32,000 bases of DNA from Candidatus Harpocratesius repetitus (GCA_021498095.1 JAIZWK010000001.1:2130001-2162000); one strand, 5' to 3'; positions 8,982-18,531 are shown, counted from the stretch's first letter. Notes: generated by a model not told the origin, from the sequence alone. Translations and numbers: made by a program.

Positions 8982-10007
8982 TTATATAATTAACTCCAAT
9001 TGTTTCATAAGTTGTTCTAATGAGATTTCCTTGTTAAGATATCGTTTTTGAAGAATAGGAATTAAATATTTAGGCTTGAATGAATGAAATTGAATATCGC
9101 TGATAAGAAAAATTTTGTTATCTTGTGTTGTATCAATAATATCTGCTTCTTCTATCGCTATTAGAAGATTCTTTTTATCTTTCAATAATTCTAATCCTGC
9201 TGAATAAGAAATTCCTTTATCCTTATGTAATGTAATTAAATTAATTAATTGCAATGTTTCAATATGCTCAAACAATGGAACAAGTTGATGAACTTCTCTG
9301 TCAGAAAGAATTTGATCCTTTAAAAAAAATCTTTGAATTTTCTTTTCTATTACTTTATTCGCTGGTCTGAATGAAAGAGGTGTTCGATAAACAAAAAAAT
9401 CTGATAATAGAAAAATAGATTCTTCGTCACCAGGAATTTGCATCACTTTTATTAATCGAAGACGAATAAATGGAGTTAAAAGTAGATCCAAGTTTAATTG
9501 AATATAACCGAATTGTGATCTCAATTTTTCACGTAAAGCCGCTTTACTAATACATCCATTTCTTAATGTTTGCAAAATATGAATTCTTATGTTGTCTTCG
9601 AATAATCGAAAGTATAATTGTTTCTCATCCATTTCTGCATAATTCTTTATTGCTCGATATGTATCTGACAAAATATGTGTAAAATGAGGTTTATTGTAAT
9701 TGAAAATTAGTTCATTCCCTACGTTTTCAAGGATTTCTCTATATATATGCTCGTCACTTTCAATATCAAGTTCTAAAAGAATGAAGAAAGTTTCATTTTT
9801 TGATTGTGATTTTTTTAGAAGAGAACAATATTTTTTTTTATTTGATGTATCAAGAAAGGAAATGAAATTTGAATTTGGTGTTGTTTCATGTTTTGCCCAT
9901 ATTTTAAGTAAAAGCTCATTTGGAGGGAAATTTGGTTCAGGAGGAAATTGTACTAAAGCATTTGGCCCTAATCGAATATCCCATTGAACTAAAATTAATT
10001 TTCGCAC
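8982..10007 (-). CDS. uDENN/NPRL2-like longin domain followed by winged-helix-like domains
   Basis: N-terminal LVQWDIRLGPNALVQFP resembles the uDENN/Npr2 first-strand motif. The later IRIHILQTLRNGCISKAALREKL...LLLTPFIRLRLIKV is wHTH-like. GTG start preceded by GAGGT. Confidence 0.6.
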   Translation of the reverse strand: MRKLILVQWDIRLGPNALVQFPPEPNFPPNELLLKIWAKHETTPNSNFISFLDTSNKKKYCSLLKKSQSKNETFFILLELDIESDEHIYREILENVGNELIFNYNKPHFTHILSDTYRAIKNYAEMDEKQLYFRLFEDNIRIHILQTLRNGCISKAALREKLRSQFGYIQLNLDLLLTPFIRLRLIKVMQIPGDEESIFLLSDFFVYRTPLSFRPANKVIEKKIQRFFLKDQILSDREVHQLVPLFEHIETLQLINLITLHKDKGISYSAGLELLKDKKNLLIAIEEADIIDTTQDNKIFLISDIQFHSFKPKYLIPILQKRYLNKEISLEQLMKQLELII

Positions 10008-10166
10008 AGAAAAATACCTCTTTTATTCTATAGGATACAAATGATCAAAAAACCAAAAAGTATTTGGAATTTTAATGATCATCTTGAAAAGTTAGATCTA
10101 AAAAAATTTATTATACTCAAGAGTCAATGTAAAAATAGGATAAAAAAAGAGTGTTGACCTTAATCT

Positions 10167-10769
10167 ATGGAAGAAATTCAAAATGAAATGATTCAATTAG
10201 GCGTATATGCTCTAGTAGTTCGTGGAGAAGGACAAGATCTACTTATGAGCAAAAACGTACATGATTATATAGAAATTCCCGGATTAGAAACACTTTTACG
10301 AAATTTTATCATTGATTTAGACAAATTTTTTGAATATATCTATAAAAATGATATTCCTGCTTATTTGCATCAAATTGAGAGAAAATTTCGGTTAGATCTT
10401 TCATTTTTAGCCTCAAATCTTGTCCAGAATATCAATGAAATGAAAAAAACTGATAGCGAAGAAATAATGATCTATTACTTGGTAATCACTAAAACTTTAG
10501 AGCATATTCGCCAGATTGTATTTAATCAGTACGGAAAAGAAAAGATTAAATCTTTTTATGAAAAAGAATATGGAAAGAAATTGTCTAATAAAGGACTTCA
10601 AAAAATATCTCAATTGGATGATGAAGGTGATGCTGATTTATCTATATTATACAATCTTGTTTTTATCAAATTCTTAGCAGAAATATACCAAAAGAAAAAA
10701 ATATTCCAAAATATTGAAAAAATTATTGAGAAAAAATTAAAGCATTTTATCAAACAAAATTCACTATAA
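10167..10769 (+). CDS. Hypothetical all-helical protein
   Basis: 200-codon ORF with normal codon usage that fills the gap between neighbours. No motif recognised. Confidence 0.7.
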   Translation: MEEIQNEMIQLGVYALVVRGEGQDLLMSKNVHDYIEIPGLETLLRNFIIDLDKFFEYIYKNDIPAYLHQIERKFRLDLSFLASNLVQNINEMKKTDSEEIMIYYLVITKTLEHIRQIVFNQYGKEKIKSFYEKEYGKKLSNKGLQKISQLDDEGDADLSILYNLVFIKFLAEIYQKKKIFQNIEKIIEKKLKHFIKQNSL

Positions 10770-10816
10770 AATTGATAATTTTATTTTTTATACTGTATTA
10801 TGCTATTTTACTTATA

Positions 10817-11026
10817 CTAATGATAAATAGATAATAATACTACTGCCGAAAGACCTAAGATCATTATTATGCTCCATGCTCTAATAAGACCTTTTTTACG
10901 TTCTTTTAAAAAGCAATCTAAACAATAAAAATATTTACGCATATGATAAGCATGCTTAGAACATATCGGTTCTCCACAAATATGGCAAACTACAGTTGTT
11001 TCCTTATTGCAATTCTTACACTTCAT
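10817..11026 (-). CDS. Small B-box-like zinc-finger protein with C-terminal transmembrane helix (69 aa)
   Basis: CxxC-x7-CxxC-x4-CxxH-x8-CxxC, then basic KERKK and hydrophobic LIRAWSIIMILGLSAVVLLSIY. Start moved from 11086 to ATG 11026. Confidence 0.7.
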   Translation of the reverse strand: MKCKNCNKETTVVCHICGEPICSKHAYHMRKYFYCLDCFLKERKKGLIRAWSIIMILGLSAVVLLSIYH

Positions 11027-11542
11027 ATATAAAAAAGTAAAAAATAGCATTAAAATCATCCGATCTCTATAAAATTTCAAAATCATTTTTTCTTAAGAGT
11101 ATCCAATGTTATATGATCCTAATTACCATCTAATTATTGAATAATCAATTTAGAATATCCTAATTGAGGGTATTTTATTTTTTTTTATTTAAACGCTTTT
11201 TTGAATATCATTCATATATTTCCGACTTAAATCTGAAATATCGCAATTTTTTTTTTGTCGAACTCGATTTTTTCAAAGAATTTATTAAAAATTTACCATC
11301 ATGTTTATAAATTCTTCAATTTGATGTCGACTTTATCATAATTTTTGAATTACATATCTTGAATTTGGCACCTTGGTAAAATCGACAAAAAATAAGGAAG
11401 GATATTTTGGATTTGAGTCGTAAGAATTAAGATGATGAAATGAAAAACTTCGAATTTTTGAAATTTAAAATACCCTTAATTATTAATCACATTTATTTTT
11501 GTTAATACTCGAACCAAGGAAATAATAAATATACTTCTGAGC

Positions 11543-13072
11543 TTGATGTTATGTATGTATAATACCTTTGAAATTTCCAATCCACTCCTTCCAAATGTAT
11601 TAAAAAGAACGAAAGGAGCTTCAGATCAATATTGTAGTTTTGAGGGAACTTGGAAGATACAATCAAATTCAGGTTCTCCAAATTTAGTTGAACATATAAA
11701 AACAGTATTATTACAAGTAAGCTCACAATTCACCTATCAATGGAATTTAGAATCAACTCCTGAAAAATCCACATTAAATTTTCGTAATGATCTTGGTTAT
11801 TTCCAACCGAGAAATTCGCTTTATATATTAATTCATCCAGAGACACTTACGATAAATCCTCAATTAATAATGGGAAAAATAAAATGGCTTCATTTTTGGA
11901 ATATTCATGATTTTCGAGCAACGGATGAATACCATTTAATCATTGGAAAGTTTATTCAAATTAGCAGTCGTACTGAAAGAGGTTTATTTTATGGGTTAAA
12001 CTCTCTCTCTCAATTAATTAAGTTTACAAATAATGCAATTCCATTTCAAACAATTCATGATGTTCCCAAAATAGGTGTTAGAGCCATAGAAATAAATTGG
12101 ATGGGTCCAGAACTTCAACCAACGTTTATTATGCATATACTCAAACTTATCGGATTCTATAAAATTAACAGTATTATTATATCAGGTGAAAAGAATATAC
12201 CTAGTAGGCAATTTGAACTGGAGTTTGCAAATAATTACCTTTCATTTGGGAGTGAAATTGCTTCTGCTCAAGAATTTGAACGCAGTTCCTTTGATATTCA
12301 AAGTTTAGATCTTAAAGGGATATTTAATTGGATAAAAATTGGTTTTTTCCCGATTATTTCATATGATATCTTATTTAAAGCCGCATGTTTATGGGAAGGG
12401 AGAAAAATTCCTGAGGTTTCGTTTATTCCCCGATTTTGGAGAAATTTTTTCTTTGATCAGCTAAATGAAGCTCAATATAAATTCCTAAATGATTCTAAAT
12501 TACCCATTTGTTTCTCAAATGTAGTCACAATATTAGAAAAGATACCAATTACTGAAAATACCCTTCCTTTTGCAAGTTTTCTTGTAAATCAATATGATTC
12601 TCTCAAAGCAATTTTGAAAAAAAATCAAGATGATTTTAAACAACTACGAGAATCCTTAATAAGCTTTAAACAATCTAAAATCCATCACTTGGAATATTAT
12701 GAATTTTATATTCTAATGTTGGATGTGATTGAAAAAATTATCGAATTGATGGATATTCAGCAGCAATATCAATCCACTTTACATTTGATTTTTCAATCTG
12801 ATAATTATGATAATCTTCAATCATCCATTTTTGCAGATTTTTCTTTTATTGCGGATGATATTTTACGAATCTTGAAAAATCTTACAACTCCATTATCAAA
12901 TAAATGCCAGTGGTTTCTCATTCCAAATTCCAGTAAAATATATAAAAATCTCTTTGGATTGCAACAATTTCAAGAACAAATTAAGGAATTAAGCGTTTCT
13001 ATTCAAGGATTTCTTCAATATCAATCCAAATTATTTCAAAGTTTAAAAGAATTTCGTAATTTGTTAAAATAA
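11543..13072 (+). CDS. GH20 (beta-hexosaminidase)-derived protein; domain 2 intact, catalytic barrel apparently collapsed
   Basis: DEYHLII...ISSRTERGLFYGLNSLSQL...IHDVPKIGVRAIEIN...FYKINSII follow the GH20 domain-2 and barrel-start pattern. No H-x-G-x-DE catalytic motif. Confidence 0.65.
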   Translation: MMLCMYNTFEISNPLLPNVLKRTKGASDQYCSFEGTWKIQSNSGSPNLVEHIKTVLLQVSSQFTYQWNLESTPEKSTLNFRNDLGYFQPRNSLYILIHPETLTINPQLIMGKIKWLHFWNIHDFRATDEYHLIIGKFIQISSRTERGLFYGLNSLSQLIKFTNNAIPFQTIHDVPKIGVRAIEINWMGPELQPTFIMHILKLIGFYKINSIIISGEKNIPSRQFELEFANNYLSFGSEIASAQEFERSSFDIQSLDLKGIFNWIKIGFFPIISYDILFKAACLWEGRKIPEVSFIPRFWRNFFFDQLNEAQYKFLNDSKLPICFSNVVTILEKIPITENTLPFASFLVNQYDSLKAILKKNQDDFKQLRESLISFKQSKIHHLEYYEFYILMLDVIEKIIELMDIQQQYQSTLHLIFQSDNYDNLQSSIFADFSFIADDILRILKNLTTPLSNKCQWFLIPNSSKIYKNLFGLQQFQEQIKELSVSIQGFLQYQSKLFQSLKEFRNLLK

Positions 13073-13130
13073 GAAGTGAATTCTTTTTTCATTTTGTTTT
13101 ATTATAAGCATAATATCTTTTAGAAACATT

Positions 13131-13655
13131 ATGTTAATATACTTAGTTATGACAGTTTTAAATTCTTCAAAAAAGATAATATATTTTCGGAGGAAAATTG
13201 AGACCCAATCTATGAATATGGTTGAGTTATTGGAATTTTTTTCCCATTGCGAACAATGGGCAAATTCTTCTGAAGAATTTTTTGAAGAATTCGAGGATGT
13301 TGAATTAACGGTAATTATTAAATACGATAAATTAGAATCTGATAATTCTGATAATTCTAATAATTCTCAAAAATCAGATAATCTCTGCCGAATACTAGTT
13401 TTCGAAATTAATTACGGAAAATTAAAATTTCAAGAAATATCTCAGCAATTTGAATTGTTTTTAATAGAGAATAAATATTCCACTCCAAAAATTGAAATTC
13501 AGAGTTCAGAAAAAGATTTAATTGAAACTTTTAATGGAAATATTGACCCTTGGAAATCTATTTTGAGCGGAGATGTAAAACTTTCTGGAGATATTGAAGC
13601 TTTAATCATCTTTGAAAAGTTATTTTCTGTATTTTATGAATTTGTAGGTTTATAA
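13131..13655 (+). CDS. SCP2 sterol/lipid-binding domain protein
   Basis: C-terminal IEIQSSEKDLIETFNGNIDPWKSILSGDVKLSGDIEAL matches the SCP2 signature. True start may be ATG 13212. Confidence 0.75.
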   Translation: MLIYLVMTVLNSSKKIIYFRRKIETQSMNMVELLEFFSHCEQWANSSEEFFEEFEDVELTVIIKYDKLESDNSDNSNNSQKSDNLCRILVFEINYGKLKFQEISQQFELFLIENKYSTPKIEIQSSEKDLIETFNGNIDPWKSILSGDVKLSGDIEALIIFEKLFSVFYEFVGL

Positions 13656-13687
13656 CTGAAAAAAAAAAGATTATACAAGTTCTTGGT

Positions 13688-14632
13688 TTACAAATTCCCT
13701 ATATAATCACGAACTGAATAAGCCGCACTAACTGCTTGAGCTGCTGCTGTAATTACCTGCTTTTCTCGAATATCTGTTACATCTCCAGCCGCAAATATTC
13801 CAGGAACATTCGTTTGAGCAAATTTATCTACAAGAATTTCTCCTTTTTCGTTTAGGTTAACACCTAAATCTTTTACTAAATCGCTTTGTGGAATTTCTCC
13901 GATTTCAATAAAAACAGCGTCCGTTGGAAAAATAGTCCCATCATGAAATTCAACTGCTTCAACTTTGTCCTTTCCAATTATTCTCTTTAAGGTTGTATTG
14001 GTAATAATCTCGATCTTTTCATTTTCATTAACACGCTGTGTGTTAATGGGTTCAGAGCGAATTTTATCTCTACGATAAACAATATAGACATTCTTTCCAA
14101 ATTTTGAAAGAAAAAGTGCTTCAACAGCGGCGCTATCAGATCCTCCAACAACAATTATTGTTTTATCTCTAAAGAAAGGGCCATCACAAGTTGCGCAATA
14201 GCTTACTCCTCTTCCATGAAATTCTTCTTCACCTGGAATATTAAGCTTGCGATATTTGCCACCTGTTGCCACAATAACGGCACATGATTCGTATTTTTCT
14301 CCTCCAGATGCTGTAACCACAAATTTTCCTTCAGCTTCTTTTTCGATTTTAGTTACGGTTTCGAAAATATATGGAATATTAAAATGTTCATAATGTTTTT
14401 GAAAAGCATCCATTAAATCAAAACCAGAAACATCGAAAAAGCCTGGATAATTCTCAATTAAGTAAGTTCGGGATATGGCACCACCATATTCTTGACCAAT
14501 GATCAAAGTTTTAAAATCGAATCGGTGGGTGTATATTGCAGCGGAAACTGCCGCCGGACCCCCACCAATTATTATAACGTGATAACTATTCGGTTTAGAA
14601 ACATCACAAGATTTTGACATGATTGATTTCAA
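13688..14632 (-). CDS. trxB: Thioredoxin-disulfide reductase
   Basis: IIGGGPAA FAD motif, GRGVSYCATCDG redox CxxC, VVGGSDSA NADPH motif, TNVPGIFAAGDV. Confidence 0.92.
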   Translation of the reverse strand: MKSIMSKSCDVSKPNSYHVIIIGGGPAAVSAAIYTHRFDFKTLIIGQEYGGAISRTYLIENYPGFFDVSGFDLMDAFQKHYEHFNIPYIFETVTKIEKEAEGKFVVTASGGEKYESCAVIVATGGKYRKLNIPGEEEFHGRGVSYCATCDGPFFRDKTIIVVGGSDSAAVEALFLSKFGKNVYIVYRRDKIRSEPINTQRVNENEKIEIITNTTLKRIIGKDKVEAVEFHDGTIFPTDAVFIEIGEIPQSDLVKDLGVNLNEKGEILVDKFAQTNVPGIFAAGDVTDIREKQVITAAAQAVSAAYSVRDYIGNL

Positions 14633-14797
14633 CTCAAGATATTGAAGAATTCAAGGAATATAAAATTTGTGCAAAAATAATGCACAACTATTTACTTCTT
14701 CTTCCTTTGTTGAATAAGAGATCTTACTAAATAACTTAAATTTTTTTAGTTGATGTTAAAACAAAAATTTTATCGGTTCTTATGATTTATTAAATCT

Positions 14798-15748
14798 ATG
14801 GAAACAGAATCACTGATTGATAAAATTAAAGCTTTAAAACGTCAAAAGCAAGTCTCAATCTTTGCTCACTATTATCAACCTATTGAAATTCAAAAATTGG
14901 CAAATTATATCGGTGACTCTCTTGGATTGGCTAAAATTGCTCGGGAACAAAAAGATAGTAAGTATATTATTCTGGCTGGTGTTCATTTTATGGCAGAGAC
15001 TGCTTCAATTTTGAATCAAAACAAAGTCATTTTATCACCTAATTTTGAAGCGGGTTGCCCTTTAGCAAGTTTTATCGATCCTAAAATAATTAATGAATTT
15101 AAAATGAAATATCCTAATTCTCCATTAATTGTATATGTGAATACTACAGCAGAAACTAAAGCAAATTCTGATGTGTGTTGTACTTCATCCAATTCTCTTA
15201 AAGTAATAGAAAATGTGGCAAAAGATTGGAAAACGGATACCATTTTGTTTGGACCTGATAAGAATCTCGCAAATTTTGTCCGAAATCGAACTTCTTTAAA
15301 TATTATTACTGTTCCTGAAAAAGGTAATTGTCCAATCCATAATTTCTTATCAATAAAGGATATTGAAAGAGAAAAGAAAAATCATCCTGGAGCTTCCATC
15401 TTAGTTCATCCCGAATCACCTTTAGAAGTTCAGAATGAAGCAGATTTTATCGGTTCAACTTCACAAATGCTTCAATATACTAAAGATAATCCAAACCCAA
15501 ATGGTTTTATCGTAGGTACCGAAATTGGATTGATTGAACATTTACGATGGAAAAATCCAGAACAATCATACTACCCTCTTAATAAATATGCAATTTGTAA
15601 AAATATGAAGAAAATTAATTTAAAAAATCTCTTTGAGACTTTGGATGCATGTGGAACCCCTTCTCAATCAAAGTATGAAATAAGAGTATCAGAAGAAAGT
15701 GCGAATTTGGCAATTGTTCCATTAGAACGTATGCTTCAGTATTCTTAG
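14798..15748 (+). CDS. nadA: Quinolinate synthase A
   Basis: AHYYQ, GDSLGL, GVHFMAETA, AGCPLA, YVNT, CCTSSN, GPDKNL, CPIH, HPES, GST, GTE, CKNMKK, including the three Fe-S cysteines. Confidence 0.96.
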   Translation: METESLIDKIKALKRQKQVSIFAHYYQPIEIQKLANYIGDSLGLAKIAREQKDSKYIILAGVHFMAETASILNQNKVILSPNFEAGCPLASFIDPKIINEFKMKYPNSPLIVYVNTTAETKANSDVCCTSSNSLKVIENVAKDWKTDTILFGPDKNLANFVRNRTSLNIITVPEKGNCPIHNFLSIKDIEREKKNHPGASILVHPESPLEVQNEADFIGSTSQMLQYTKDNPNPNGFIVGTEIGLIEHLRWKNPEQSYYPLNKYAICKNMKKINLKNLFETLDACGTPSQSKYEIRVSEESANLAIVPLERMLQYS

Positions 15749-15766
15749 TATTTTCAGGAGAATATT

Positions 15767-16432
15767 TTGATGATCTCTTTTAGTATTAATTTTGAAATGG
15801 TATTTGTCATTCATAAGCAAAGTAATCAAATAATTTTTTATCGAAAAAATGAATCTTTTCCTTTAAATGTTAAATTGCTCGAAAAAGTTCAGAATATGAT
15901 TCAAAATAATCAAATACAAAAAGGTTCATCCTTAAATGAAATAAAACAATTCGAACTTGAAAATAAAAATGGGATTATTTGGACAGGAAAGTTCACATTA
16001 ATTGTTTTGATATTAAATCAAAACCCTAGTTCAATGGAAAAAGAAATGCTTCATACATATGGTATTAGATTGGAATCTAGATTTTCATCAGAGTTACAAA
16101 ACCTTTACTCTACATTTTTAGGAAATATTGATATATTTTTACAAGATTTACCTACAAGACCTAATTTAAAAAAAATAACGGATGAAATCTTTCATATTGA
16201 TTTCACTTATCCATATACTGTGAATTTAAACGAAGACATAAAACCAATTTCAAATATTGATAATGAAATATTGGCATTTGCAACAAAAAAAGTTCAAGAA
16301 CAGAAATATGTCTATCTTCACCAAATTATTTCATTTTTTGAGAAGAATCATCCATTATTGAAGTTACAAATTCAAGAATCAATCTATAGTTTAATTAATA
16401 TAGGTTTTCTAAAAAAAATTAGAAAAAAATGA
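15767..16432 (+). CDS. Longin-like domain with C-terminal winged-helix-like segment
   Basis: Beta-beta-alpha-beta-beta-beta-alpha pattern (VFVIHK..QIIFYR..GIIWTGKFTLIVLIL..EMLHTYGIRLESRF..FLGNIDIF), then IQESIYSLINIGFLKKI. GGAG lies 6 nt before the TTG start. Confidence 0.5.
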   Translation: MMISFSINFEMVFVIHKQSNQIIFYRKNESFPLNVKLLEKVQNMIQNNQIQKGSSLNEIKQFELENKNGIIWTGKFTLIVLILNQNPSSMEKEMLHTYGIRLESRFSSELQNLYSTFLGNIDIFLQDLPTRPNLKKITDEIFHIDFTYPYTVNLNEDIKPISNIDNEILAFATKKVQEQKYVYLHQIISFFEKNHPLLKLQIQESIYSLINIGFLKKIRKK

Positions 16433-16490
16433 TTTAATTGTAAATTAAGTTAATTTTATTGGAATTATGAAGATATTCTAAGATATTTCA

Positions 16491-16868
16491 CTAAACACGG
16501 GCAAGATCTTTATAAAGTTTAGGAATTATCTCTTTATACTTATTATTTTCTATATTTCCTAAGATATTGGCTGCAATTTTATTTAGAATTTTCCTATATT
16601 TAGATACTTGCTCATCTCTACGTAATAACAACGCAACAACATAATTCTCTACCTCTATATATTTTTCTCCCAAACCGGAAAAAAATGAGACAACTTTATG
16701 ATTTTTAAAGGTTAAGGACGAAAAACCCGGTGTTAACGATGAATAACGATGGGCAGAATAAATTTGAGTAAGTAAATTGTTCGTAACTTTCAAGTTTTCG
16801 GGAAAACTGGCCAATAAAACAGGTCCAACTTCATTATCCCATCTCAGAATCAAAATTCCTAACGGCAA
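16491..16868 (-). CDS. Stand-alone uDENN-type longin-like protein (125 aa)
   Basis: ILRWDNEVGPVLLASFP has the same WD-x3-GP-x5-FP spacing as ORF 8982-10007, and further matches along its length. TTG start preceded by AGGAG. Confidence 0.65.
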   Translation of the reverse strand: MPLGILILRWDNEVGPVLLASFPENLKVTNNLLTQIYSAHRYSSLTPGFSSLTFKNHKVVSFFSGLGEKYIEVENYVVALLLRRDEQVSKYRKILNKIAANILGNIENNKYKEIIPKLYKDLARV

Positions 16869-17013
16869 ATTTAATTATCTCCTTTTCAATAATAGTATTT
16901 GATATGAATCAAAAAATCATATCTATTGATCTAATTCAGTTATTGAAACATAAAAGCCTTATGTAATTTTATTTACCAATTTCAGAATATAAGATAGAAA
17001 AATAAAAAAGTAT

Positions 17014-18369
17014 TTAGAATGGATGAACTAATCGAACTTTCCCATTACCTAAATCTTCAAAAAGACCAACTTTTACAAATTGATCAATGTATTTCTTTAT
17101 TGTAACTGTTGGGAGACCTAAGGCACCTTTTAATAAATCTACATTCATTTCACCTACATCTTTAACCAATAAGAAGCATTTAAAAAGAGGTTCTTGTTCA
17201 AAAAGTGTTAATAACCCATCTAAATTTTGGATTTTTCCTAAATTTTTCTCACGAAATTCAATCATATCCTTATTTTCTGCTTCATATTTGGAAAGTTTTT
17301 CTTCTAATTTTTCTTTTTCAGCGACTACTTGTTCATATTTTTTTAATAATTCATCCTGCTTTATTTTTAGATCTGAAAAACGTTTTTCAGCTAATGAAGT
17401 TTTCTTTTCAAATTCTTTAAATTGGAGTTTATAATCGATGATTTCTGAATCTAGGTTATCTGCTTTTTCAAGAAGTTCAGATTTTTCTTTAAAATGCTCT
17501 TCTTTTAATTGTAAAATACGTTCTTCATTGCGTTTTTTAATCTCTTGAATTTCTTCTTGTAAATGATTTATTCTATTTTCATAATTTTTTTTCATATCAT
17601 CAATTTCAGAAAATTCTGATTGATATTTTGTAATTTTCATTTCAAGTTCATGATTTTTTTCTGTTAAAGAATGAATTTCATCTTGTAATTGTTTAGTTTC
17701 TTTTCGGAATTCTAATTCCATTTTTCCTATTCGTGCTTGATATTCATCTTTTGTTGAAAGTGTTTGACTCCTTAGTTCTTTGGTTCTCTCTTCAAAATCG
17801 CGCTCCATTTTTTCAATACGTGCTTTATATTCATCTTCAGTTTCCATAAATTGTCTTAAACGCGCTTGTACTCTTTGGGCGAATTCTTCTTCCATCTTTT
17901 GTAAATTTTCTTGAGTTCGGTCGTTAGCCATTTTTAATTCTTGTATTTCGCGATCTTTTGCACTAATTACACCTTTTTGCTCAATCAATTTGGATTTTAA
18001 CTCACCTACTTGTGTGATATATGTGTTTAAATGTTGATTAAATCCATCAATCTGCATTTGTGTATTTTTTAATTGAGCTTCTTGTTGTGCAATAGTAGCA
18101 TAAGCCATTTCTAATTGATTGTCTTTTTCATTTAACTCAGCTCGCATTTCGCCAACCATACGCTTTAAAGCTTCAACATCTGCAGGTAAATCATACATAT
18201 TGCTAATTCGGCTTTGTAATTCGTCAATTAACTTTTGCTGTTCTGCCATCTCATTTTTTTGTTTTACAATTAATTGCTTTAACCGATCAATTTGTGCTTG
18301 TTTTTGTGCAATTTCTAATTCTTCCTGCCCAATACTATCAATTATGTTCTCTAAATCCTTATCGCCCAT
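17014..18369 (-). CDS. Long coiled-coil protein with C-terminal winged helix-turn-helix
   Basis: About 380 aa of E/K/Q-rich helix with only one Pro, then MNVDLLKGALGLPTVTIKKYIDQFVKVGLFEDLGNGKVRL (HTH plus wing). Confidence 0.75.
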   Translation of the reverse strand: MGDKDLENIIDSIGQEELEIAQKQAQIDRLKQLIVKQKNEMAEQQKLIDELQSRISNMYDLPADVEALKRMVGEMRAELNEKDNQLEMAYATIAQQEAQLKNTQMQIDGFNQHLNTYITQVGELKSKLIEQKGVISAKDREIQELKMANDRTQENLQKMEEEFAQRVQARLRQFMETEDEYKARIEKMERDFEERTKELRSQTLSTKDEYQARIGKMELEFRKETKQLQDEIHSLTEKNHELEMKITKYQSEFSEIDDMKKNYENRINHLQEEIQEIKKRNEERILQLKEEHFKEKSELLEKADNLDSEIIDYKLQFKEFEKKTSLAEKRFSDLKIKQDELLKKYEQVVAEKEKLEEKLSKYEAENKDMIEFREKNLGKIQNLDGLLTLFEQEPLFKCFLLVKDVGEMNVDLLKGALGLPTVTIKKYIDQFVKVGLFEDLGNGKVRLVHPF

Positions 18370-18531
18370 ATTCGTTCCTCAACTAATATTTTTCTTCAAT
18401 TAAAGTCTTAAGAATCACAATATTTAATAGCTTATAAATGTGTGAATATCTATTATATATTATATATAACTGTCGATTACTAAATAATAATATTCATCTT
18501 ATTCCTTTAACTTAATTCATAAGAACATGGA

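Noticed and set aside
11251-11392. 11-bp inverted repeat TTTTTTGTCGA / TCGACAAAAAA as a MITE
   Set aside because: More than half is homopolymer, there is no target duplication, and it does not resemble the IS ends in this window.
9700-18403. ORFs 9700-9987, 11502-11726, 15016-15243, 17087-17434, 17205-17420, 18119-18403
   Set aside because: Antisense shadows of longer, better-supported genes; the F/S-rich translations are typical of reversed E/K-rich coding DNA.
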